From Acidovorax sp. (lineage in GTDB: Bacteria > Pseudomonadota > Gammaproteobacteria > Burkholderiales > Burkholderiaceae_C), in contig JASGIT010000001.1 in the NCBI GenBank assembly GCA_047601665.1, positions 96,638 to 160,637 on the forward strand: 64,000 nt of DNA, written 5' to 3'. Shown here piece by piece: positions 52,164-60,747 of this stretch. A program made the position numbers and the translations under genes. Every line of letters begins with the position of its first letter. Within the stretch, counting starts at the first letter, position 1. Under the pieces are notes generated by a model. That model was not told where the DNA came from. It saw only the letters and a program-made list of their open reading frames with translations, and ran no database searches.

Positions 52164-55100
52164 TCAAGTAGGAGAGCTGAGGAATGACAGGATGACGTCG
52201 AACGCTTTGCCACGATCACGACCAATCAGTAGATCCTGATGGCCGATTCGTTCGAAAACCTGTGGAGGGGACATCTTTGTCAGCTGTTTATCTCTTTTCC
52301 ACTCCATCAACATCTGCGCGTTCGCGCCGGTATCGGCCAGCCCGTTGGTACGCCCGTGCAGGCTTAGCATGCGTACGCCTGTCAGCAGATGCCAAGGGTC
52401 TTCACCGAACACACTTAGACCTGTTTGCTCGGCAGGTTCGCCGTACTTTGCAAAGTAAATGGGCTGCGAAATGGTCGCCAGGTTCAGCGGACCGAAGAAG
52501 TCGTCAATGCAAGCAAGCACTTCCTCGTCCATCGTGCGCGAATCGAAAGTGCGGCCAATCAGCGCATCCAGCCGGCGGCGCGTGCCAACCCATGGTCGGC
52601 GAAGCCACGGAAGTCGAGGGTTCTCGATGTCGAATTCAGACCCGTCCTCATCATCTAGGTACGGTAGCGTCGCGATGAGGCGGTCGTACAGCGTAGCGTC
52701 GACTCGACCGACGCGCTCCCCGGGGCGCAGGCTGTAGTGGAAGTCCGGCAACAGGTGGCGGAACCAGCTCAGCAGGTACGCACGCAGCAGGTTGGCCGGA
52801 GCGAAGCGCATCTTTGTGCCAAATTGCGACATCACCCAGCAGCGCATGCGTGCGGCCGTCGCTGCGGCGTGCGGCTGGCCTTGGTCGCTCAGCGTCATCG
52901 TCAGCATAACGGACCCCATGCAGTGCGAGACTACGTCCACCTGCGGCATACCGGTCCGTGCGCAGACCTCGCGCAGCGCGGCCGGAATGTCATGGCGTGC
53001 GATCTCCTCAAAGCTGTAGGCGTGATCGGCGGTCGGCATCCCGCAGCTCGTCCGCATGTCAAGCACCCAGGGTTCGCGGCCGTGGCGCCACAGATACTCC
53101 GCAAGGCTGGGCCGCAGCGCGGGATGCGCGAAGGTCGTTCCGCTGGCGCTGTAGCCGTGGATCATAAGCACCGGGGGGTGAAGAGCTTTGGCCACGGGAT
53201 AGCGTGTCAGCCGGATCTCGCCGGCCGACGATCCGTCGGGTACGAACTCGAAGATCTCGGGCTCGGGTAGGCCGGGCAAAGCGCCAGGCAGGCGTTGGGC
53301 CGCCCGTACCGTGCGCGCCTGGTCAGGCTTTCGGCCACTCCACAAGTGGACGCTGACGAACACGCGAAGCACATAGAGCGTGAATGCCAGGACGTCGATC
53401 AGTGCCGCCGGCTGGTTTTCCTGCCCGACCACCCTTATCAGTGGTATCTGTCTGCGGGCGAAGTAATCAAGGCTGACGTCGATACTGCGCCTGGCGCCCA
53501 GCTGCAATCCGCCGAATGCTGCCAGCTTCATCCGCGTCAGCTGAGTCCAAGGGTTGGCGCGCCGATCGTAGGTAAAGCGCTTGCCGCCTTTCAGCACGAG
53601 GCCGTGCTGGCCGACCAGTTTTGCGAAGCGGCGTGTCGCTTCCTGCAAGCGCTGAGCATCGTCCTTGAACTTTGGATCGAAGGGCGGGATCAGTGGCGCT
53701 CCCAGCTTAAGGTCGTAATCGAAGAGTCGCACCTCGCCGGCACGTGTAGCCAGCGCCAGCGACTGGCAAAAGCGATCCCTCACCGAGAAGGCCGTGGCGC
53801 TCTTTCGACCCTGGATCTTGTCGAGCGCGACGTCGATCAACGCGAGGACGCTATCACGCAAGCCGCGGTTCCACAGCCAAGCGGTCCATGCGCGGCATCG
53901 GCGCAGCTTCCACGTCGACGACTCGCGATGCAGGAAGCGCAGTGTGCTGCCCGCGGCTAGGGGCACCCTGAGCATAGGCGGGTCGGATTCCAGATCTTCG
54001 GACATGTAGTCGCCGACCTTCCATCGGTACAGGCGGACCTCGCTGAGCGTGTCGTCAACGGCGACCTGCAGAACGTGCCCCTGCTGCGTGAAAGCTGGGC
54101 GGCTACCATCGTCGGGCGTTGGACCGGGAAATAGCGCACGCGGCTCGTAGACAAGCGAGAGTTGCATCCACGCAGGCTCACCGTCGAGGTCGACCGGCCC
54201 GGATAGCTTCTCGATCACCTGCACCTCGGTGCGTCGGGGAATCGGCCTGCCATTGCGCTGCGCGAAGACAGGACGCGGCACGGATAGCGGAACCTTTGGC
54301 GACGCTGGTCGGGTGAGCGCCCAGTGCACGTCAATCAAGCGTTCGATGGCGAGGTCCGCGAGCGTCGAAATGGTCAGTGCCGGGTTGATGCCGATCGACC
54401 CAGGAACGATGGCGCCGTCCAGCACCACAAGGCCTTCGTGGACTGCCGTCAACTTCGCCTCAGCCGCTCCGTCAAAGACACGTCCGTCCCGGTCGACCAC
54501 GCCGTGACTGCGGTCGTCCGCCATGCAGCACCCGCCAAGTGGGTGGACACTGACCAACGGACCGCGTTCAGCGCCGAGGGTCTTTTCGGCTCCGGGCGGC
54601 AGGAGCTTCCACACAGGATTGGGAATCAGTCTGTCAGATGCCCCCAGCATCTCTGCAAAAGCCTTATGAGCCTGGTCGAAGCGTTCGTCGTTGCGCAGCC
54701 TGCGCCAGTCGATGCGCACCCCGGCATCGAGCGGAAGTTCGTGGTCCTGCGGAGCTGCCGTCATGACGCCGTCGGCGCCGTCGCGAGCAATCAGCGCGAC
54801 CACCTGCGAACGCTCGATCTGCCCTGGATCGACAGCAAGCGGGTCGGGTGCGCTTGCCGCCCCTGGGTCGTCGTGAGCGAGGTGGACGTCGAGATCGGGC
54901 TCGTCAAGCTTGTGCAACAGCAAGGCCGTGGTCACGCCCTCCTCAAGCAGCCGCACGAGCGCGCCTGGCACGGCGAGGTCCTGCACGACGAAGCCCCCGC
55001 CGGCGTTGCGCTTGTCGATCATGGTCGTGATGGTCGGCCCAACCTGGCGCGCGGCCGGCGCCACCACCTCATCCGCCACTCCGTGGAACACGCGCTGCTG

Positions 55101-56132
55101 CGATGCCACGGTCGCGACTAGGTCGCCATTAGCCGAGAAGCGACGGCCGAGCGCGGGCGAAAACGACAAGCCCGACTCCTGGGAGCGCATCAACAGCTCA
55201 GTGGAACCAAGGGTGCCCGCAGCCAGCACCACGCGCCTGGCCGACAGCACGACCGGCCCCGCCATGCGCTTGCGTAGTGCCACATCGGTGTGCCAGACCT
55301 CCACCTCCCATTTGTCGGTGTCGCGCCTCAAACGGGTCACCGTTGCACCGGAGAAGATCTCTACACCGCGTACCTGGGCGCGACGCAACAGGCCGAGGTC
55401 CAGCGAGATTTTGGAGCCGTGGTTGCAGCCGGTGGCGCAGTCGCCGCAGGCAATGCAGCAATTCATCTTGACTCCGCCCACGCTCTGCAGGTTCTCGTCG
55501 AGCGCTACGGTAATCGGCACTGTGGCGGCACCGAGGGCTTTCATCGATCCTACGCGCCTTAGCGAATGACGCACCGTGTCCTTCGCATTAGGGTCAGCGC
55601 CAAGCTCGGCTTGAAGGCCTTCAGCGCGCTGAGCCAGCGTCAGGCCTTGATTTAACAAGCCGACCGGCCACATCGACTCCTGGAAAATCGCCGGTTCTGG
55701 AAATGCCATCACCCCGGCGTTGATCAAAGACCCGCCTCCAACGCCGTTGCCCACCAGCACCGACACGTCCGTGCCAATGCGTATGTCGAACAAGCCTTCG
55801 AGACGGCCACTCGCTTTGTCGCCCTGGGGCGTCGTAAAACGCACATGACCGGCGAGGTCGGCCGCACGATCGGGAAAAGAGCCCGTCAGGTGCTCGCGAC
55901 CGCGTTCCAGCACCGCGATGCTCAATGGCCCCTGCGTATCCGAGGTGCCAGCGAGCCGGTCGGCCGCGATGGCCCCGCCGTAGCCAGACCCGATGACCAG
56001 CACGTCGAAGTCGGGTCGCCCCGAACGCTGCGTGCGACGCGCGTCCAAACCTTGGATCAAAGTCTCGAAGCCGTGGGACACCCAGCTGGTGCGGCGACTG
56101 TTTGTCTGCGGCGACTGGCCGTTGCTCTGCAT
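52164..56132 (-). CDS. 1322-aa fusion protein: N-terminal GMC (cholesterol-oxidase-like) FAD oxidoreductase, central region of unknown function, C-terminal alpha/beta-hydrolase fold
   Basis: ATG 56132 lies 7 nt after GGAGGG. FAD fingerprint DVLVIGSGYGGAIAADRL, then GNGVGGGSLINAG and C-x2-C-x2-C-x3-C (NCCIACGDCATGC). GMC C-terminal block VHPLGGCCMADD...LVVLDGAIVPGSIGINPALTI. Hydrolase part PPVLMIHGYSASGTTF...VDVVSHCMGSVML. Confidence 0.75.
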   Translation of the reverse strand: MQSNGQSPQTNSRRTSWVSHGFETLIQGLDARRTQRSGRPDFDVLVIGSGYGGAIAADRLAGTSDTQGPLSIAVLERGREHLTGSFPDRAADLAGHVRFTTPQGDKASGRLEGLFDIRIGTDVSVLVGNGVGGGSLINAGVMAFPEPAIFQESMWPVGLLNQGLTLAQRAEGLQAELGADPNAKDTVRHSLRRVGSMKALGAATVPITVALDENLQSVGGVKMNCCIACGDCATGCNHGSKISLDLGLLRRAQVRGVEIFSGATVTRLRRDTDKWEVEVWHTDVALRKRMAGPVVLSARRVVLAAGTLGSTELLMRSQESGLSFSPALGRRFSANGDLVATVASQQRVFHGVADEVVAPAARQVGPTITTMIDKRNAGGGFVVQDLAVPGALVRLLEEGVTTALLLHKLDEPDLDVHLAHDDPGAASAPDPLAVDPGQIERSQVVALIARDGADGVMTAAPQDHELPLDAGVRIDWRRLRNDERFDQAHKAFAEMLGASDRLIPNPVWKLLPPGAEKTLGAERGPLVSVHPLGGCCMADDRSHGVVDRDGRVFDGAAEAKLTAVHEGLVVLDGAIVPGSIGINPALTISTLADLAIERLIDVHWALTRPASPKVPLSVPRPVFAQRNGRPIPRRTEVQVIEKLSGPVDLDGEPAWMQLSLVYEPRALFPGPTPDDGSRPAFTQQGHVLQVAVDDTLSEVRLYRWKVGDYMSEDLESDPPMLRVPLAAGSTLRFLHRESSTWKLRRCRAWTAWLWNRGLRDSVLALIDVALDKIQGRKSATAFSVRDRFCQSLALATRAGEVRLFDYDLKLGAPLIPPFDPKFKDDAQRLQEATRRFAKLVGQHGLVLKGGKRFTYDRRANPWTQLTRMKLAAFGGLQLGARRSIDVSLDYFARRQIPLIRVVGQENQPAALIDVLAFTLYVLRVFVSVHLWSGRKPDQARTVRAAQRLPGALPGLPEPEIFEFVPDGSSAGEIRLTRYPVAKALHPPVLMIHGYSASGTTFAHPALRPSLAEYLWRHGREPWVLDMRTSCGMPTADHAYSFEEIARHDIPAALREVCARTGMPQVDVVSHCMGSVMLTMTLSDQGQPHAAATAARMRCWVMSQFGTKMRFAPANLLRAYLLSWFRHLLPDFHYSLRPGERVGRVDATLYDRLIATLPYLDDEDGSEFDIENPRLPWLRRPWVGTRRRLDALIGRTFDSRTMDEEVLACIDDFFGPLNLATISQPIYFAKYGEPAEQTGLSVFGEDPWHLLTGVRMLSLHGRTNGLADTGANAQMLMEWKRDKQLTKMSPPQVFERIGHQDLLIGRDRGKAFDVILSFLSSPT

Positions 56133-56456
56133 TCGTGGTCCCTCCGTCAAGTCATCCGTCGTAGGCGTTTGCGGGTGGCAGCTTAAGTGAACCATCTGAC
56201 TTTGCAATAGGCCGATGGTTTAGAGCGGATGATCCAGCGTTGTGAGCATTCTTCGCTCCTAAAGCGAGCTGGGCAACTCCCGATGCTGTTAAGCGGCGTG
56301 GAGGCAATGACGGCATCGGGGCAGCTAGCCGCCCACGCGGCATGGGCCTAAACCACCGTGATAACACGTCAGACCAATTGAAACCAAACGCCGCGTTACT
56401 GACACTTCGAGTACCCGCAGGCCACTCGGCCGCCACCGCCCAACACAAGGGAAAAC

Positions 56457-57137
56457 ATGCTCGACGCTCTCGCAACCGCGCCGCATCCGCACAGTGCACT
56501 AGCTGGTCTGAGCCGGCCAGCCGTGAAGTCCGACGTCACATGGGAATCGACCGGACTCTGGGCGGCGCTACTTGATGAACTGGACTACGGCATCATCCTC
56601 GTCGAACCGCACGGCGAAATCGTGCATGTCAATCGGCAGGCCAGGCGCCAGCTGCAACTGGAAGGACCGTCATCCATCTGGGGTTGTGCACTGTGCGCCG
56701 TCGATTCACTGCCAGGCCAACGGCTTAAACATGCCATCAGGCAATCGTCCGAACGGGGATTGCGCGGCGCGGTGCAACTGCGTTCTCCAAATGAGTCACT
56801 GGTCGTGTCGGTCATTCCACTGCAGTTGCGCGCGTCTTTGGACGGCAGCCTAACTATGCTGCTGTTGCAACGCCCGCAGATCTACACCGAACTCGCGCTA
56901 ACGGGGTTTGCCAAGCTGCACGGCCTGACCGACACAGAGACAAGCGTGCTCAGCGCCCTATGTGAAGGCCGCGCCGCGCAAGGGATTGCGCAACGACAGG
57001 GGGTTGCACTATCGACCGTCCGCACCCAGCTGCAGTCGCTTCGCTCCAAGCTCGGGGTGGATAGCGTACGTGCGCTGATTCACTTGGTCGGGCGGCTGCC
57101 GCCCGTGATGGGCGTGCTGTGCTCCGAGCGGAAGTAA
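56457..57137 (+). CDS. LuxR-family transcriptional regulator with an N-terminal PAS-like domain
   Basis: AAGGGA lies upstream of ATG 56457. PAS-like block LDYGIILVEPHGEIVHVNRQARRQL. C-terminal HTH LTDTETSVLSALCEGRAAQGIAQRQGVALSTVRTQLQSLRSKLG. Divergent from the giant gene. Confidence 0.8.
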   Translation: MLDALATAPHPHSALAGLSRPAVKSDVTWESTGLWAALLDELDYGIILVEPHGEIVHVNRQARRQLQLEGPSSIWGCALCAVDSLPGQRLKHAIRQSSERGLRGAVQLRSPNESLVVSVIPLQLRASLDGSLTMLLLQRPQIYTELALTGFAKLHGLTDTETSVLSALCEGRAAQGIAQRQGVALSTVRTQLQSLRSKLGVDSVRALIHLVGRLPPVMGVLCSERK

Positions 57138-57254
57138 GCAACTGCGTAGCACTGGGAATTTCGGTTGAATCCGTCATAAACAGTCGGCTCGCCAACTTGA
57201 ATGTCGAGTCCACTTGAATCGCCCCGTGTTCAATAGACACATTCGAGCCTCAAC

Positions 57255-57505
57255 CGGAGGAGGCTAATAAAAGGTGCCATGACAAGCAAGCAACATACCC
57301 TGAAGAGTTCGAGAGCGAAGCGGTCAAGCAGATTACGGAGCGAGGCCACCGGGTGGCTGACGTGTTCGCCCGGATCGGCGTAAGCCAGCACAGCCTGTAC
57401 AAGTGGATCAAGGCGTACTCGACGCCTGCAGCCGAACGATAGGTGCCAATTCACCGGCCATGAGTGGCAGACGTTCTTGCGAGCACAACCTGGTCACAGC
57501 CGCAC
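57255..57505 (+). pseudogene. IS3-family remnant (OrfA fragment fused by deletion to a short OrfB piece)
   Basis: Reads ..YPEEFESEAVKQITERGHRVADVFARIGVSQHSLYKWIKAY (OrfA HTH), then ..FTGHEWQTFLRAHNLVT (integrase core piece). Contains frameshifts and stops. Confidence 0.6.
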
Positions 57506-57536
57506 CAAATACGTGTTTAACGACGGGAGGAACGAG

Positions 57537-59009
57537 ATGAAAGCGTACGTAATCGCAAACTGCACCGCCGCACTCACCTTGCTGCAGGGGTGCACCAGCC
57601 TCAACGCCGTCAAGGTCACGGATGGCGTCATGAAGGTCGAAGGCGCACCTTACTTCTTGACCTTCACCCAGTACGACTTCACCATTAAACGCCGGTTGAC
57701 AAGTTGCGCCGATGTCGATGAGAAGGTCGTCCCGCCCACGCGCATTCCCAACATGAGAGTCACGACGACGGTCAAGGCCAAGCGCAGGGAGGCGCGAGAC
57801 CCTACTCGCGAGTACGTCATCGACTTCGCGGCATTGCGAAGCTTCTTCAAGACGACCGACGTGGCAGTGGACTACTACGAGAATGGCGCCCTCAAGTCGG
57901 TCAACGCAACGGTCGCGGACAGCACGGCTGAGTTTCTGGCCAGCACCTTCAAGGCCGCAGCGAAGGTTGCCGCATTGGGAACCGGTGTAGGCGGCGGGTC
58001 GCCGGAAGCCTGCACTGACGAAATCCTAAAAGCTGTCGTCGCAGCGAAAGATGGGGAAGACCGCCTCACCGCCAAGACGGCGTTGCTCGCGCAACAGACC
58101 CAGCGGTTGGAGGCACTGCAGTCGGTGGCTGTGGCCCTGGGACCTACGCGCAATGCAGCGGAGCGTCGAGAGTTTGCGGACCAGGTCAGGGCGTTATATG
58201 ACCTGAAGGCGGAGGTAGACAAGGAGCAGAAGGAGCTCGCCCGCCTGTTGAAGAAGTTGACCATCACCGACACGGTGACTTGGCCGAAGGACGGTTCAAC
58301 CTTCTCGGGAGAACTTGCCAAACCCCTGACCCTCGAAGCCCTTGAGCGATGGGGTGTCTTGGACGACCTCATCAAGGACCGGTTGGTAAAGGAGACGGGG
58401 GTCTACGCGCTGATCGGCACAGACTCGCCGCCTGCAAAGCATGTGGTATGCGTTGGCGACAGCTGCGAGAAGACGACGCCCGTCGAAGACCTCCCAGGTC
58501 TCAAGTACAGGATGCCCATGGCCGGAAATTTGAAAGCCTGTAGCAACGCTACGTGTGCCGGCAACGACGCCGAGCTGTACAAGGATGCGGGCCTGTTTAG
58601 CCAACTGGGACCGGTCATGACGCTGCCGCTGAAGAACTATCCGTTTATGACGCAAAGCATCGTCCTGACCATGAACGAAGTAGGGCAGCCCACGAAGATC
58701 GGCTACAAGTCCGAAGCCAATGCGGCCAAGGCGATGGACATGGTTAACAGCTTTGTCGATGAGTACGGCAAGGTGCGCCAGGCAGACAAGCCCAAGTCCG
58801 AACTGGACCGGGTTAACGAGGAGACGGCTTTGCTCGAGGCCAAGGCGAAGCTTGCGACAGCCAAGACGGCGCTGGACGCTAAGCCCAACGAGGAACAAAC
58901 CACTGCGACGGATGCCCTGAAGGCCGACACGGCGCTACTGGAGGCGGAACTGGCAAAAATGAAGGCCCAAGCGGCGCTGGATGCAGCCAAGAAGCAGGCG
59001 ACACCGTGA
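57537..59009 (+). CDS. lipoprotein (490 aa) with a coiled-coil C-terminal region
   Basis: GGGAGGA lies upstream of ATG 57537. Lipobox LTLLQGC. Long Ala/Lys/Glu-rich helices (QTQRLEALQ.., EETALLEAKAKLATAKTALDAK..LEAELAKMKAQAALDAAKKQ). Possibly DUF4831-like, from uncertain memory. Confidence 0.65.
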   Translation: MKAYVIANCTAALTLLQGCTSLNAVKVTDGVMKVEGAPYFLTFTQYDFTIKRRLTSCADVDEKVVPPTRIPNMRVTTTVKAKRREARDPTREYVIDFAALRSFFKTTDVAVDYYENGALKSVNATVADSTAEFLASTFKAAAKVAALGTGVGGGSPEACTDEILKAVVAAKDGEDRLTAKTALLAQQTQRLEALQSVAVALGPTRNAAERREFADQVRALYDLKAEVDKEQKELARLLKKLTITDTVTWPKDGSTFSGELAKPLTLEALERWGVLDDLIKDRLVKETGVYALIGTDSPPAKHVVCVGDSCEKTTPVEDLPGLKYRMPMAGNLKACSNATCAGNDAELYKDAGLFSQLGPVMTLPLKNYPFMTQSIVLTMNEVGQPTKIGYKSEANAAKAMDMVNSFVDEYGKVRQADKPKSELDRVNEETALLEAKAKLATAKTALDAKPNEEQTTATDALKADTALLEAELAKMKAQAALDAAKKQATP

Positions 59010-59827
59010 CCGAGCAGTTGCCCGCGGACGATCTGGTGGCCGACAGCGCTCCATTCTCGACCGGGGTGGTCGACGAACCTGAGTGGCTGCCCGAGCGATC
59101 AACCCTGGAGTCAATGACGAGGTGGCTTCGCAGTTTCGTCACCCGAGCCTTCGAAGCCACGCCGCAACAGGCGTTCAGTTGGGACGACCAGCAGGTAGTG
59201 CCTCAACCCGGAGACCAGCAAAAGACGAACGCCTGCGTCAGCTATGCAAGTTGCCTGGCTGCTGCGTCACTGTACCGCATCAAAACTGGCAAACCGATCT
59301 CGCTTGCTCCCCGCGTCTTTCATGCGTGCACGGTGGGGCGCGGTTTGAAAGAAGGCTTCAATTCAAGCCTTCTGGAGAGAAAGGTAGTGGAGCATGGCCT
59401 GCCGACCACGGTCAATCCGGAACAGACAAGCCGGGCAGAGGCACTGACCGGCGAGGCGCAGTGCGGGTCCTTCGCCTCGACACCGCGGCTCAAGGTGTCT
59501 TCGGTACAACGGCTGTACAGCCCGGAGGAGGCCAAAGCAGCGCTCAGATCCATCGGACCGGTAGTGGTTCACATGGACCTCACCGAGGATTTTCTGGATT
59601 GCTACGTTGCGGGAAGCATTTACTCCGCTCCTCCTGGCACCAAGATCCTGACAAGCCACGCCGTGTGCGTCATCGGGTATGACGACACGCGGGGCTGCTG
59701 GATCTGCGTGAACAGCTACGGGCCGACGTGGAGACACACGAACCGTGGTCGGTTCTTCCTGAAGTACGGCGAATGTAGAGTGTTGGCGCCGGGAGCTGCC
59801 GCGTACCGATTGAACATCGAGGTCTGA
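59006..59827 (+). CDS. papain-fold (C1-like) cysteine peptidase, no signal peptide
   Basis: GTG 59006 overlaps the lipoprotein stop (GTGA). Gln/Cys block DQQKTNACVSYA (Cys codon 59234-59236), His block TSHAVCVIGYDD (59657-59659), Asn/Trp block VNSYGPTW (59711-59713). Confidence 0.72.
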   Translation: MTEQLPADDLVADSAPFSTGVVDEPEWLPERSTLESMTRWLRSFVTRAFEATPQQAFSWDDQQVVPQPGDQQKTNACVSYASCLAAASLYRIKTGKPISLAPRVFHACTVGRGLKEGFNSSLLERKVVEHGLPTTVNPEQTSRAEALTGEAQCGSFASTPRLKVSSVQRLYSPEEAKAALRSIGPVVVHMDLTEDFLDCYVAGSIYSAPPGTKILTSHAVCVIGYDDTRGCWICVNSYGPTWRHTNRGRFFLKYGECRVLAPGAAAYRLNIEV

Positions 59828-59854
59828 GCATTGCGTCTCGCAGGGTAAACGTCC

Positions 59855-59862
59855 GGTTAGTC
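59855..59862. repeat. left copy of the 8-bp target site duplication GGTTAGTC of IS66
   Basis: Identical octamer directly abuts both IS66 ends. Confidence 0.85.
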
Positions 59863-59939
59863 GTGAGCGTCCAGTCGCCCCATCTTGAATACTGACCGGC
59901 GGCATAGGAGTCTCGTGTCCACTAACTCTTGGTGGACAC

Positions 59940-60341
59940 GTGAACACTATTTCCGATCAACAAGGCAGCCCGCGTCGGCGGCGTCGCCTACACAGCGATG
60001 AATTCAAAGCCGATGCCGTGGCCAGTTGCATGCAACCCGGCATGTCAATGGCGGCCGTGGCGCTGGCCCACGGCGTCAATGCCAACCTGCTGCGCCGTTG
60101 GGTCCGCGAGGCCGAGCTGAGGCCGCCGGGCATCGCCCCGGACAAACCCGCCGCTTGTGACATCGACACTCCAGAGGCCAAGCCGTTGTTCGTCCCCGTG
60201 AGCCTGCCGCCACCGGTTGCAGCAGCACCGGTCGCCGACATCCACATTGAGCTGCAGCGTGGTGCCACAGCGATCATCGTCACTTGGCCAGCCAGCGCCG
60301 CCAGTGAATGCGCCGCCTGGATGCGTGAGCTGCTGCGGTGA
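59940..60341 (+). CDS. tnpA: IS66-family accessory protein TnpA (Orf1)
   Basis: 133 aa. HTH-like block FKADAVASCMQPGMSMAAVALAHGVNANLLRRWVRE. Confidence 0.85.
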   Translation: MNTISDQQGSPRRRRRLHSDEFKADAVASCMQPGMSMAAVALAHGVNANLLRRWVREAELRPPGIAPDKPAACDIDTPEAKPLFVPVSLPPPVAAAPVADIHIELQRGATAIIVTWPASAASECAAWMRELLR

Positions 60342-60679
60342 TCCGCATCGACGCGATGTGGCTGGCGGTCGAGCCCATCGACATGCGCGCCGGTGCCGAC
60401 CGGCTGCTCGCACGCGTGGTGCAGGTCTTCGGCGCCGCCCAGGCCTACCACGGCTACCTCTTCGCCAACGCTCGCGGCACCCGAATCAAACTGCTCGTGC
60501 ACGACGGCTTCGGCGTGTGGTGCGCCGCGCGTCGCCTCAACGCAGGCCACTTCACCTGGGCCATGGTTACCTCGGGCGGTCCTACCGCGCTAGAACTTGG
60601 GCGCGCTCAGTTCGACGCGCTGGTGCTTGGCCTGCCTTGGCAGCGTCTCCCAGAGCTGCAGCGCATCTGCCGGGCATGA
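60338..60679 (+). CDS. tnpB: IS66-family accessory protein TnpB (Orf2)
   Basis: 113 aa. IRIDAMWLAVEPIDMRAGADRLLARVV...RIKLLVHDGFGVWCAARRLNAGHF. Overlaps the tnpA stop. Confidence 0.9.
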   Translation: MIRIDAMWLAVEPIDMRAGADRLLARVVQVFGAAQAYHGYLFANARGTRIKLLVHDGFGVWCAARRLNAGHFTWAMVTSGGPTALELGRAQFDALVLGLPWQRLPELQRICRA

Positions 60680-60747
60680 CGGCCGTGCGCTGACAACGGC
60701 AGTTGTGCCAATGGTGCTGCCCGGCCGTGCCTGGCACGATGCCAGCC

